Assembly: GCF_003428155.1 (NCBI RefSeq)
Contig: NZ_QLIR01000007.1
Span: 30,001 to 62,000 of the forward strand
DNA from: Fastidiosibacter lacustris
GTDB taxonomy: Bacteria; Pseudomonadota; Gammaproteobacteria; Francisellales; Francisellaceae
Reading direction: 5' to 3'
DNA length: 32,000 nucleotides
The notes below the pieces were generated by a model that saw only the letters and a program-made list of their open reading frames with translations, was not told where the DNA came from and did no database searches. The position numbers and the translations under genes were made by a program. This document shows, piece after piece, positions 9,205 through 20,776 of the stretch (position 1 is the stretch's first letter; each line of letters begins with the position of its first letter).

Positions 9205-9993
9205 ATGTCTGACGGTAGAAATAAGCTAAATGATTTTTCATTATTAAAATCATTAGTGGGTGGCAAAAGCATAAAAGATAAAACAGATCGGTTGCGCAAG
9301 GCACATGCAACTGCAGCGAAACGTAATGAATCTCAAGAAGTATCTAAAGAGAGTCAGCGTCCTGCAATGCAATCAAAGTCAGAACAAAAAACATTTGAAT
9401 GTCACACAAGACAAGAGCGGATCAATCAGGTGAGAACTCCTTTTAGGATGCCTCAATATGGTCAAAAACCACAAACAGAGCTTATTGTAGACATCCCAGA
9501 AGGGCAGCAACAAGAAGAACTCATTATTGAAATCAATGTAGAAAAAGAGCGTTTGAAAGAAGAGCAGCGCTTATTTAAATGGTTGTGTCAACGTTTTCCA
9601 AAGTGTTTTGACCCTAAGAGCAAAAAGCCGCTTAAGATTGGCATTAGTGAAGACATAGAAATTATTTATTATAATGAACATTATGCTCCAGTTGATCCTT
9701 ACATATTAAAGAATGTGATCAGGCGTTACGTTGGTGATACTCGTTATCAGCATTCTGTGATTGAATATAAACAGCGTTTTAATTTATATGGTCAGCCAGT
9801 TCAAGATTTCAATGAAGAGCATATTTCGTATGCAAAGCAGCGCTTAGATGAAATTGCGGAAAAAGCTGAGTTGAGGGCGCAAGGTATTAATGTCAGGGAA
9901 TATTATCAGCAAAAACGCGAAGAACAAAAAAAGACAAAGGAATTACAAGGAAGTAGTAGTGTGGCACAACAAAGTCAGGATTTACAACAATAA
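9205..9993 (+). CDS. ProQ/FinO-family RNA chaperone with a ~115-aa N-terminal extension and a Gln-rich tail
   Basis: Residues ~120-215 read LFKWLCQRFPKCFDPKSKKPLKIGISEDI...VIRRYVGDTRYQHSV...RFNLYGQPV...EEHISYAKQRLDE. They align by eye with the E. coli ProQ N-terminal FinO domain (ERFPHCF..PLKIGIFQDL...LRLYTSSWRYL...RVDLDGNPCG..EQHVEHARKQLEE). Confidence 0.85.
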   Translation: MSDGRNKLNDFSLLKSLVGGKSIKDKTDRLRKAHATAAKRNESQEVSKESQRPAMQSKSEQKTFECHTRQERINQVRTPFRMPQYGQKPQTELIVDIPEGQQQEELIIEINVEKERLKEEQRLFKWLCQRFPKCFDPKSKKPLKIGISEDIEIIYYNEHYAPVDPYILKNVIRRYVGDTRYQHSVIEYKQRFNLYGQPVQDFNEEHISYAKQRLDEIAEKAELRAQGINVREYYQQKREEQKKTKELQGSSSVAQQSQDLQQ

Positions 9994-10137
9994 GTTTAGG
10001 TAACGTCAAGTGCATGAGTTCTGTAAAAGATCAGAAAACACCTCAAATCGGAATATTCATCTAGTGGAAGCTTGACAAGCTAAAAAGGATAGCTCAATAC
10101 TAGCATCCTAGTTTAGGACAAATAGTAAATATTTTAG

Positions 10138-13100
10138 ATGCTGCCTGTATTGGATAAATTGTATGAGTACTACTCAGTATACGAAAGCTTTATGATTGCA
10201 TTGAAAGAAAAAGGCTTTCAAGGCGATATGCAAAACGATTATGCTACACGAATTAGTAGCTCAGTGGATAACAGTATTTATCAAGTTGTACCAGAACTGG
10301 TGCTTTTCCCAAAAAATGATCGTGACGTTGCATTAATATTTCAATTAGCAGTAAATGAACCTTATCAAAAGATAAAGTTTAGTGCGCGAGGTGCTGGTAC
10401 TGGTACAAATGGTCAGTCTTTAACAACAGGTGTCATAATCGACACAAGTCGCTATATGAACAACATCTTAGAGATTGATGTTACGGAAAAATACGTTGTT
10501 GTAGAACCTGGTGTGGTATTAGATCAGCTAAATGAGGCATTGACACTATATAACGTCTTTTTTGCACCTAATTTGTCGCCAAGTAACCGTGCGACAATTG
10601 GTGGTATGGCGAGTACCGATGCGTGTGGAAAAGGTTCTCGTGTCTATGGACGTACCAGTGAACATTTACTATCACTGCAATGTGTATTAAGTGATGGTGA
10701 GGTGGTTTCATTAGAAGAAATCTCTTTTGAGAGTGTCGCTAATATAATAGAAGAAAAACAAAAAAATGTGTCACTTTTAGCAGACGTGTATCAAGCCATC
10801 AGTGATGAAATCGTAGCAAAATACGACAAAATAGAAGCACAGTTTCCAAAGCTCGATAGATTCATGACAGGTTATAACCTTGCTAAGTGTTATGATCAGA
10901 ATAAGCAAAAGATTAACATAAACTATCTTATTTCAGGTGCCGAAGGGACATTGGCATTTATCATAAGTTTAAAGCTTAAACTCACGGACATACCAAAACA
11001 CAAAGCTTTATTTGCGATTAGTTATGGTGACTTTGATCAGGCATTGCGTGATGCTAGAGGTCTGTTAAGCTTAAACCCAGCAGCTATTGAAACGATTGAT
11101 GAATATATTTTGAAGTTGGCCAAAGAAGATGAAATCTATCCACAGATTCGTCATATGCTTGAAACTCATACAAATTATGATGTCTGTGCACTTAATTTGG
11201 TAGAATTCATTTCTCACAGTGAAGATGAATTATTGCAAGCTTTGGATCAAGCAAAAGCCTATTTTATGCAAAAGGATCGTTTGTTTTATTTAGCTTATGA
11301 CAAAGAGGAAATGACAGCTTTATGGGAACTTAGAAAAAAAGGCGTTGGATTGTTAGGAGCAATGAAAGGTCGTAAGAAACCAATCCCCTTTATGGAAGAT
11401 ACAGCCGTGCCACCTGAAAATTTAGCAGATTACATTGTAGAACTAAGAGCATTGTTAGATCGTTATAACTTAAGATATGGCATGTTTGGTCATGTGGATG
11501 TTGGTTGTTTACATATGCGTCCAGCATTAGATATGAATGATCCAAAAGATCAAAGATTGGTGGTGACGCTTACCAAAGAAGTCAATGATCTGGTTAAAAA
11601 ATATGGGGGTATATACTGGTCTGAACATGGAAAAGGATTTAGAAGTGAGTACGTAAAAGATTACTTTGGTGAGGAGCTTTACATTTCTTTGCAAAAAATC
11701 AAAAGAGCATTTGATCCCTATAATAAACTCAATCCTGGCAAAATTGTGGTGCCGTATGAAAGCAAGGATGAGCTTGTTAAAGTTAATGGTCCTTTTAGAG
11801 GAATAGAAGATGCTAAGGTCGATACTCAAACACAGAAGGTGTTTTCAGGAGCATTTGAATGTAATGGTAATGCGGCATGTTTAAATTATCATCCAGACCA
11901 AGTGATGTGTCCGTCTGCTAAGGTTTCACATAACTGGGTCTATTCACCCAAAGGGCGTACAGCACTGATTCGGGAATGGTTAAAGCAGCTAGCTGAAAAA
12001 GGCTATCAGGTAAAACCGTTTTCGATTAGCAATAAAAAGCGAAATGATAAACCTAATCAACATGACTTTTCTTATGAGGTTTATCAGTCTTTAAATAAGT
12101 GTTTGAGTTGTAAAGCGTGTGCGACAGCTTGTCCGATCAAGGTTGATATTCCTCATATGAAACCGATGTTTTTAGCTGAATATCACAAGCGTTATAAGCG
12201 TCCCTTAAAAGACTATGCTATTAAATACGTTGAACGAATGACAAGGTGGCAAAGTATTGTGCCTGGTATCTCAAATAGCTTGCAACACTTACCTTTTATT
12301 AAAACATGGGTTGAGAGAAACCTTAAATTGGTTGATTTACCATTCTTGTCAAAAGAAACTCTTAAAGCTGGGTTAAAAAAGCGTAACGCACCTACATTTA
12401 GTTTGTCACACCTAAAGCAGCAGTGTGCAGAAGATGCTTCAAATATTATTTGCATTGTTCAAGATGCATTTACGAGCTTTTACGATGCTAACGTTGTGCT
12501 TGCTGTTTATGATTTATTAACAAAATTGGGTTTTTATGTTTATGTATTGCCATTTTATGAAAATGGTAAAGCTGCCCATATAAAGGGTTTTTTACATTAT
12601 TTTAAAAAGAAAGCGCACAGAGTTTGTATGTTTTACAACGAAATTGCTAAATTTAATGTCCCATTGATTGGTATTGATCCAAGCATGACTTTGGTTTATC
12701 GAGATGAATATAAGGTAGTATTAAAAAATAAAGTTCAATTTAAGGTGGAGCTCATCCAAGAGTGGCTGGTGAAAAAACTGCCTAATTTGGAAGATAAGCT
12801 TTGTGCGATTAAACCAAAGGAGGGACTTGTGTCGCTGTTAGGGCATTGTTCAGAACGTGCGCTAGCCGCTGTTTCTATGATCCATTGGCAAAAGATTTTT
12901 AAAGCATTTGGTGTCAACCTTGAGATTGAAAAAGTGGGCTGTTGTGGAATGGCTGGTACCTTTGGTCACGAAAAAGATAACTTTGAGATGTCTAAGCAGA
13001 TTTACGATTCTAGTTGGCACAAAAAATTACAAAACAAAAAAGCTCAAGTTTTTTTAGCAACTGGCTTTTCTTGTAGGTGTCAAATAAAGCGTTTTGAGCA

Positions 13101-13146
13101 AAAAACAATAGACCATCCTATACAGTTTTTAAATCAAATAATATGA
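10138..13146 (+). CDS. FAD-linked oxidase fused to 4Fe-4S and CCG (cysteine-rich) domains, YdiJ-like; possible D-2-hydroxyacid dehydrogenase
   Basis: 1002 aa. The N-terminal PCMH-type FAD domain carries GAGTGTNGQS. A ferredoxin-type cluster motif CLSCKACATACP is present. The C-terminal CCGMAGTFGHE motif is typical of CCG domains. Size and architecture match E. coli YdiJ. Confidence 0.85.
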   Translation: MLPVLDKLYEYYSVYESFMIALKEKGFQGDMQNDYATRISSSVDNSIYQVVPELVLFPKNDRDVALIFQLAVNEPYQKIKFSARGAGTGTNGQSLTTGVIIDTSRYMNNILEIDVTEKYVVVEPGVVLDQLNEALTLYNVFFAPNLSPSNRATIGGMASTDACGKGSRVYGRTSEHLLSLQCVLSDGEVVSLEEISFESVANIIEEKQKNVSLLADVYQAISDEIVAKYDKIEAQFPKLDRFMTGYNLAKCYDQNKQKININYLISGAEGTLAFIISLKLKLTDIPKHKALFAISYGDFDQALRDARGLLSLNPAAIETIDEYILKLAKEDEIYPQIRHMLETHTNYDVCALNLVEFISHSEDELLQALDQAKAYFMQKDRLFYLAYDKEEMTALWELRKKGVGLLGAMKGRKKPIPFMEDTAVPPENLADYIVELRALLDRYNLRYGMFGHVDVGCLHMRPALDMNDPKDQRLVVTLTKEVNDLVKKYGGIYWSEHGKGFRSEYVKDYFGEELYISLQKIKRAFDPYNKLNPGKIVVPYESKDELVKVNGPFRGIEDAKVDTQTQKVFSGAFECNGNAACLNYHPDQVMCPSAKVSHNWVYSPKGRTALIREWLKQLAEKGYQVKPFSISNKKRNDKPNQHDFSYEVYQSLNKCLSCKACATACPIKVDIPHMKPMFLAEYHKRYKRPLKDYAIKYVERMTRWQSIVPGISNSLQHLPFIKTWVERNLKLVDLPFLSKETLKAGLKKRNAPTFSLSHLKQQCAEDASNIICIVQDAFTSFYDANVVLAVYDLLTKLGFYVYVLPFYENGKAAHIKGFLHYFKKKAHRVCMFYNEIAKFNVPLIGIDPSMTLVYRDEYKVVLKNKVQFKVELIQEWLVKKLPNLEDKLCAIKPKEGLVSLLGHCSERALAAVSMIHWQKIFKAFGVNLEIEKVGCCGMAGTFGHEKDNFEMSKQIYDSSWHKKLQNKKAQVFLATGFSCRCQIKRFEQKTIDHPIQFLNQII

Positions 13147-13203
13147 GCTTTTATGCTTTAGATTTTTCAATAACCAATAAAGTTAAATTATTTTAAAAAG
13201 CCC

Positions 13204-13231
13204 TTGCAATGAGGATTTCAGACGCTATAAT
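13204..13231 (+). promoter_or_regulatory. Sigma-70-type promoter for tRNA-Lys
   Basis: TTGCAA (13204-13209), a 16-nt spacer, then TATAAT (13226-13231). The -10 element ends 11 nt upstream of the tRNA. Confidence 0.55.
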
Positions 13232-13242
13232 GGCTTCTCGTT

Positions 13243-13318
13243 GGGTCGTTAGCTCAGTCGGTAGAGCAGCTGGCTTTTAACCAGTTGGTCGCAGGTTCGA
13301 ATCCTGCACGACCCACCA
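13243..13318 (+). tRNA. tRNA-Lys (anticodon TTT)
   Basis: GGGTCGTTAGCTCAGTCGGTAGAGCAGCTGGCTTTTAACCAGTTGGTCGCAGGTTCGAATCCTGCACGACCCACCA. Canonical cloverleaf with anticodon loop CTTTTAA and encoded CCA. Confidence 0.95.
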
Positions 13319-13346
13319 TGATTTAGTTTTTTTATTTTTAACCTTT

Positions 13347-14523
13347 TCATGGGTTTCTTTTTTTATAAAGATAGTGTATGCCAGAGGCAAACAAAATGGC
13401 TAAAAATAACGTGATAGTTAATATAAGCTGTTCCAGTGGATTGCCTGGTAAATATCCCATTATAATGACAAAGAGCATAGCAGAACCTATGTTTATAAAA
13501 CTCATCATAGAAGATGCCGAGGCTTTATCTTCAATTGCAGAAGATGCATAAAAAGTTGCTGCCGGAAATAATAGTCCACAAAAAAAGTACAATAAAGCAA
13601 AGGTAGTAAAAAAACCAAGTGTACTTGCCTTAAAAATAAGCATTAAAGACATTATAAAAATACAAATAACGATGCAACTTAGCGCAATGAAAATCACTTT
13701 ATTGGCAGAAAACGATTTTAAAAGACGAGGTGCAAATAACCCACTGATGCCGCTTCCAACTATGCTTAATAGGTTCCAATATCCGTAAGCCTCCTGGTGT
13801 AAGGTTTAGCATAGTGTGAGCAATAATGGGCGCAGCAGCGGCGTAAGCGTATGATATTGTTGAGGATAGACCAACAATAAGTGCATAGTGGCGTAATTGA
13901 TGCTTTGCAAAAGCATAAGCATATTGATGAATGATTACAGTTGGATGTAATCGGTGTTTTGTCTTTAAAGTTTCTGGAAAAAAGTATGTAGATACATATG
14001 CCAGTAATCCGTGGATAAATAAAAAGATAAATAAATCCTGCCAATCCATATATTGTGTGACAATACCACCCAATGTTACAGCAAGGGCAATACCTAGCAT
14101 AAAAGAGAGCGTTGAATACGAAATGACTACTTTTGCTTTATTTGGTGCTAAAAGCTCATTAATGATGGTAAAAGTACAAGCAAGACCAGCTGATGCGCCA
14201 AGTGCTGTGATCAGCCGTCCGATCAATAACAACTTATAGCTATACAGGATATCTATTGAAGCTAAATAGCATATTGTAATACCAGTGAGATTTAATAAAA
14301 ATCCAAAACGAATCGCTTTCAATCTGCCATATGTATTGGCTAAAGGAGCATAGATAAGGTTACCAAACACATAACCTAATAGGAAGATGGCAACAAACCA
14401 AGATAGGTCGGGTGAATCAATTCCATAGAAGTTTTGGATTTGAGGTAAAGCAGGTGTGAGTATTACAGCTGATACAGAGGCAATGCAAAGGTAGTTAAGG
14501 AGGATGATATTTTTATAATTCAT
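13347..14523 (-). pseudogene. Bcr/CflA-type MFS drug efflux transporter interrupted by a frameshift (or an assembly indel)
   Basis: The two track ORFs (13699-14598 and 13347-13697) are the N- and C-terminal parts of one ~390-aa 12-TM MFS protein. Reading one frame over from ...HTMLNLTPG gives EAYGYWNLLSIVGSGISGLFAPRLLKSFSANKVIFIALSC..., which runs straight into the downstream ORF. That frame carries a TAA at 13808-13806, so the shift lies within ~13785-13805. The true start is probably MNYKNIILL at 14523. Confidence 0.7.
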
Positions 14524-14671
14524 ACTTTTATTTTTTTCTTTTATTTTTTTATGTTTGATCGTTTGGAGAGATTGTAATAAGGCTAAAAAATTAAACAATA
14601 CGTAAAAATATTGACATTAGTTAAGTTAATATGAACAATCTGCTAAACCTATAAGTCAAAACTTGATAGCA

Positions 14672-15556
14672 ATGTTTAAAGATGCGTTTTCATTGGTTCA
14701 ACTAGAGTCATTTTTAGCTGTAGCAAAGTTTGCAAGTTTTACAAAAGCTGCCTATTACTTGGGTATTTCAAAATCGGCAATTAGTCAAAACATTAAACAG
14801 CTAGAATTGATGACAAAAGTGAAGTTGGTTATTCGCACAACTCGACAAGTTAGCCTTACTGAGGAGGGTCATAAGCTCTTTGAGCAATGTCAGCGTTTAG
14901 AAAACGAGTGGTTTGGTATTAAGCAACTCATCGGCAGTTTTGATGAACATCCAGAGGGTGAGTTGGTGATCAGCAGTAATGCATTTTTTGCTAAACAGTA
15001 TTTAACAAAGTTGATCAAGCAATATTTACAGTTATATCCAAAAATGAATGTTTCACTGATAATAGAAGAACGGATGCCACATTTATATCAAGAAAATATT
15101 GACGTTGCATTTGGAGTGAACTGGAGACCAAGTGATGATGTCGTTGCACGTAAACTTATGGAAACAGATTACGTTTTTTGTGCAACTAACTCATACTTGA
15201 ATCGACATGGGATACCTAAAAGTTTACAGCAACTTAAACAACATCAATTTATTCCGCATAGTGCACGAGCCGCAACAATTGTTGGTAAAACAGATAATCA
15301 AAGTCATTTTTGGGCAACAAGGTTAAAAGCAAATAATATAGATTGCATGAAGAATTTTGTATTATCCGATATGGGTATTATTCAAGTGCATCGATATATT
15401 GTTGAGCATGAGCTAAAAAAAGGTGAGTTAGTAGAGGTTCAATTGAGCGATTTCAGTTCTCAGGTAGTGAATGTCAACATGTACTATCAAAAACATCAAT
15501 ATGTGCAACCCAAAATTAAAACTTTTGTTGAGCTTGCAAAAGAGATGTTGCTTTAA
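14672..15556 (+). CDS. LysR-family transcriptional regulator
   Basis: The N-terminal wHTH reads LESFLAVAKFASFTKAAYYLGISKSAISQNIKQLE, followed by a ~200-aa substrate-binding domain. It is divergent from the MFS gene, the classic LTTR arrangement. ATG at 14672 is preferred over the track's TTG at 14663. Confidence 0.88.
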   Translation: MFKDAFSLVQLESFLAVAKFASFTKAAYYLGISKSAISQNIKQLELMTKVKLVIRTTRQVSLTEEGHKLFEQCQRLENEWFGIKQLIGSFDEHPEGELVISSNAFFAKQYLTKLIKQYLQLYPKMNVSLIIEERMPHLYQENIDVAFGVNWRPSDDVVARKLMETDYVFCATNSYLNRHGIPKSLQQLKQHQFIPHSARAATIVGKTDNQSHFWATRLKANNIDCMKNFVLSDMGIIQVHRYIVEHELKKGELVEVQLSDFSSQVVNVNMYYQKHQYVQPKIKTFVELAKEMLL

Positions 15557-15726
15557 GGTTGCAGGGTATGGATAGACCTGGTGAACTTGTAGAAGTCTAT
15601 GCGTAATATAAAGAAGGCCCAAAGAATAGAAGATAAACGCTAATTTGTCGAGAGTTCAATATTTAAGCGTTGAGGAATAAAAAGAATTTCATTACAGTGA
15701 GAATTGAGTATGGTGGAGGATGCAAT

Positions 15727-17487
15727 ATGAAAATATTAAAGAAATTAATCAAAATCGTTACAGGGCAATCAAATCCAATGCAGCTTTTTTTAGCTGTACT
15801 ATTTGGGGGAATGATTGGTTTCTTACCAGGGTTTAGCTATGCACCATTACTATATATTATTGTAATTGGGTTATTGATATTGCTTAATGTCAATTTGGTC
15901 GTTGCCGCAATTATATATGCCGTTGCCAGGTTACTTTCATTTACTTTGGAGGTTGTTTCCTATCACGTTGGCGTGTTTGTATTAGATGGGTTTTTACAAG
16001 GCATTTTAAAATGGATGATTAATACACCTGTGTTTGCCTATGCAGGATTTGATTATTATTTGGTAACAGGAAGTTTTGTTTTAGCACTTATTTTGGGTCT
16101 GATCTTTGGTTACTTGATCACTAAGTTGGTTTCACTTGTAAAAGCCAAAATGGCAATAATGCAAACTGAGGAAACCCTATATGACAATATCGTTAATAAG
16201 CGCTTAATTAAAATGATTAGCTGGATTATCTTTGGACAGTCTGTGCACAAAATTGATTGGGTGAAGTTAAGAAATAGAAGGCTTAAACATCCTTTTCGGA
16301 TCTTGGGTGTCATTATTATTGCTGTAGTGATTGTGTTTATATTTGTTTTAAGTGGTCTTTTGCAGTCACAAATGTTAAAAAATATTTTGGTTTCTGAGTT
16401 GACTAGAATAAACGGTGCAACAGTTGAGATTGATACGTTTAAGCTTGATATGTTTAATGGTAAACTCAATATCACAGGGCTTGAGATTGCGGATCCTAAG
16501 GACTTAAATCAAAATCGTTTTTATGCGAAAACACTCACGATGCAGGTGAATGTAAGCGAGTTGTTAACAAAAAGGTTGACTCTGAGTAATGTTGTTATAA
16601 ACGACGTGTTAACAAATCAGCCGCGTACTATAAAAGCAATGCTTTATTTACCGAACATAGACACATCAATTATTCCCACGCCAAAAGAAGATAAAGTCGT
16701 ACAACAAGCACAAACTCAACATATAAAAGACTTCGATGTAAAGTATTACGTGCAAAATGTACAGCAATATCAATCATATCTAAAGCAACTTAAGTGTCTC
16801 TTGGGTTGGCTTGTTCCTGATACAGCTAAACATGAGTCAGCTGATGTAAAACAGCAAGAAGCTAAGGTAACTCAAATGTATCACTACGCAGATAGACAAG
16901 CGACTGATTTAATCACTAACACCCCAACTCTCACAATTACAAAGCTTACGGTTAATAATATTAACTATTCAAATAATTTAATCTTTAACGCTATCGCCAG
17001 TAACGTTTCAACACAGCCGTGGCTCATTAAAGCACCAACGGCAATTAGGATTGTCTCAAAAGACCAAACGATCAAGGCGAAACTCATTAGCGCGAATCAC
17101 TCAAAGATAGCGAATATGTTTTCACTGGAATTGAAAGATATGCCTGCTGATAAACTTCTTCAGGATATTAAGTTTAGCAAGGGTTTTGGTCTATCTGCAA
17201 AAACTTATTCACTAGAAGCACAAGGTAAATGGCAGTGGCAAGGCGATGAAATAATACTTGATCTACCAGTTAATTTGATTTTCCAAAATGCTAACTTATC
17301 AATTTCTGATGCGAATAAAATGATAGATCGCTTACCAATAAGTATAAAATTGATGGGAAGTTTAAATAATCCAGTTGTGCAAATCGATCAAAGTCAAGTA
17401 CAGAGTACCTTAATCAAAGCGAGTACCTCAGAAATCAAGAGTCGACTCAAGGATGAATTGAATAATCGCTTACCTTTTGCTTTGTAA
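15727..17487 (+). CDS. Large membrane protein of unknown function: a polytopic N-terminal domain plus a long soluble, AsmA/DUF748-like C-terminal region. From memory it resembles a fusion of the paired TIGR03546 and TIGR03545 families.
   Basis: 586 aa from the ATG at 15727, with a GGAGGA RBS 6 nt upstream. The N-terminus reads MKILKKLIKIVTGQSNPMQLFLAVLFGGMIGFLPG, with about 4 TM helices. A further TM lies around residue 200. It is followed by ~380 aa of beta-rich, N/T/Q-rich sequence with no catalytic motif I can see. Confidence 0.6.
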   Translation: MKILKKLIKIVTGQSNPMQLFLAVLFGGMIGFLPGFSYAPLLYIIVIGLLILLNVNLVVAAIIYAVARLLSFTLEVVSYHVGVFVLDGFLQGILKWMINTPVFAYAGFDYYLVTGSFVLALILGLIFGYLITKLVSLVKAKMAIMQTEETLYDNIVNKRLIKMISWIIFGQSVHKIDWVKLRNRRLKHPFRILGVIIIAVVIVFIFVLSGLLQSQMLKNILVSELTRINGATVEIDTFKLDMFNGKLNITGLEIADPKDLNQNRFYAKTLTMQVNVSELLTKRLTLSNVVINDVLTNQPRTIKAMLYLPNIDTSIIPTPKEDKVVQQAQTQHIKDFDVKYYVQNVQQYQSYLKQLKCLLGWLVPDTAKHESADVKQQEAKVTQMYHYADRQATDLITNTPTLTITKLTVNNINYSNNLIFNAIASNVSTQPWLIKAPTAIRIVSKDQTIKAKLISANHSKIANMFSLELKDMPADKLLQDIKFSKGFGLSAKTYSLEAQGKWQWQGDEIILDLPVNLIFQNANLSISDANKMIDRLPISIKLMGSLNNPVVQIDQSQVQSTLIKASTSEIKSRLKDELNNRLPFAL

Positions 17488-17567
17488 TGTAATCGAAGGC
17501 GTAGCACTAGATTTGGCCTGAAAAATTTGGTTATTTCCAATAAAAAATAAAAAAATCAAAAAAAATT

Positions 17568-17595
17568 CTTGAAAAGAAATTTGCTATCACCATAT
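17568..17595 (+). promoter_or_regulatory. Sigma-32 (heat-shock) promoter of groESL
   Basis: CTTGAAA (17568-17574), a 13-nt spacer, then CACCATAT (17588-17595), against the consensus CTTGAAA-N13/14-CCCCATNT. An A-rich UP-like tract lies upstream. Confidence 0.75.
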
Positions 17596-17652
17596 ATCTG
17601 CCTGCAATAAACAACAACATGTTTAACATAGCTTAAAAGAAGGAGTAAACAT

Positions 17653-17940
17653 ATGGCAATTCGCCCTTTACATGATAGAGTGTTGGTTCGTCGCGCTGAA
17701 GAAGAACAAAAATCAACAGGTGGTATTATCTTAACCGATAGCGCAAAAGAAAAACCGATGCAAGGTAAAGTGATTGCAACTGGAAATGGCAAAATCCTAA
17801 CAGATGGTGCTGTTCGTGCATTGGACGTGAAAGTGGGTGATACGATTTTATTCGGGAAATACGCCGGGAATGAAGTCAAAGTTGATGGTGAAGAGCTATT
17901 GATGATGCGTGAAGAAGATATATTGGCAGTGATTGAGTAA
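17653..17940 (+). CDS. groES: Co-chaperonin GroES
   Basis: 95 aa. [14 protein letters not shown]...GGIILT...GKVIATGNG is canonical GroES. AAGGAG RBS. Confidence 0.98.
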   Translation: MAIRPLHDRVLVRRAEEEQKSTGGIILTDSAKEKPMQGKVIATGNGKILTDGAVRALDVKVGDTILFGKYAGNEVKVDGEELLMMREEDILAVIE

Positions 17941-17962
17941 TTTGCGCATACTGCTAAGTTGA

Positions 17963-19651
<1,689 letters not shown>

Positions 19652-19702
19652 TTCCATCGTTATTTAGTCATTGATAGTTTGGCTTATGCCAGACTGAATT
19701 TA

Positions 19703-19730
19703 AAAGGGGCGAAAGCCCCTTTTTGTTTTT
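19703..19730 (+). terminator. Rho-independent terminator of groESL
   Basis: The stem AGGGGC (19705-19710) and GCCCCT (19715-19720) enclose a GAAA loop. The T-run TTTTTGTTTTT follows. Confidence 0.85.
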
Positions 19731-19789
19731 CTAATCTTTAAGGTAAGGTTTGATCTTTAAAATGATTGATGGAAAATGGAATTATCAGC

Positions 19790-19819
19790 TTGCAATTTTT
19801 GCTTGTTTTTGTATATAAT
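19790..19819 (+). promoter_or_regulatory. Candidate sigma-70 promoter of the rpsL operon
   Basis: TTGCAA (19790-19795) followed by TATATAAT. This gives a -10 of TATATA with a 16-nt spacer, or TATAAT (19814-19819) with an 18-nt spacer. Confidence 0.5.
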
Positions 19820-19876
19820 TCCGCGTCTTTTTAGTTTATGCAAAGATTAGATGTTTAAAAAACTACGGAGTAAATA

Positions 19877-20251
19877 ATGGCAACTATTAACCAGTTGGTG
19901 CGCAATCCGCGCAAGAAAAAGGTTGTTAAAACGAATGTACCAGCCTTGAAGTCATGTCCGCAAAGACGTGGCGTATGTACGCGTGTTTACACAACGACCC
20001 CTAAGAAACCAAATTCAGCGTTAAGAAAAGTAGCGCGTGTAAGATTGACCAGTGGATTTGAAGTGACCACCTATATTGGTGGTGAAGGTCATAATCTTCA
20101 AGAGCATAGCGTTATTCTTATTCGTGGTGGTCGTGTGAAAGACTTACCAGGTGTGCGTTATCACACCGTTCGCGGTGCACTTGATACATCAGGTGTTAAG
20201 GACCGTAAAAAAGGTCGCTCTAAGTATGGTACTAAGCGTCCTAAAGCATAA
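19877..20251 (+). CDS. rpsL: 30S ribosomal protein S12
   Basis: 124 aa. [15 protein letters not shown]...[16 protein letters not shown] is canonical S12. Confidence 0.98.
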   Translation: MATINQLVRNPRKKKVVKTNVPALKSCPQRRGVCTRVYTTTPKKPNSALRKVARVRLTSGFEVTTYIGGEGHNLQEHSVILIRGGRVKDLPGVRYHTVRGALDTSGVKDRKKGRSKYGTKRPKA

Positions 20252-20275
20252 TTTTAATTCATTTATTTAGGTTAA

Positions 20276-20761
<486 letters not shown>

Positions 20762-20776
20762 TATTGGAGAAAACTC

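Noticed and set aside
14524-14598. 25-codon N-terminal extension of the efflux-pump ORF
   Set aside because: The extension (MFNFLALLQSLQTIKHKKIKEKNKS) runs into the divergent promoter region. MNYKNIILL at 14523 fits the Bcr-family N-terminus.
15670-15726. Upstream TTG start adding 19 residues (MRNKKNFITVRIEYGGGCN) to the 605-aa membrane protein
   Set aside because: The ATG at 15727 has a strong GGAGGA RBS at ideal spacing and begins a typical basic-then-hydrophobic N-terminus.
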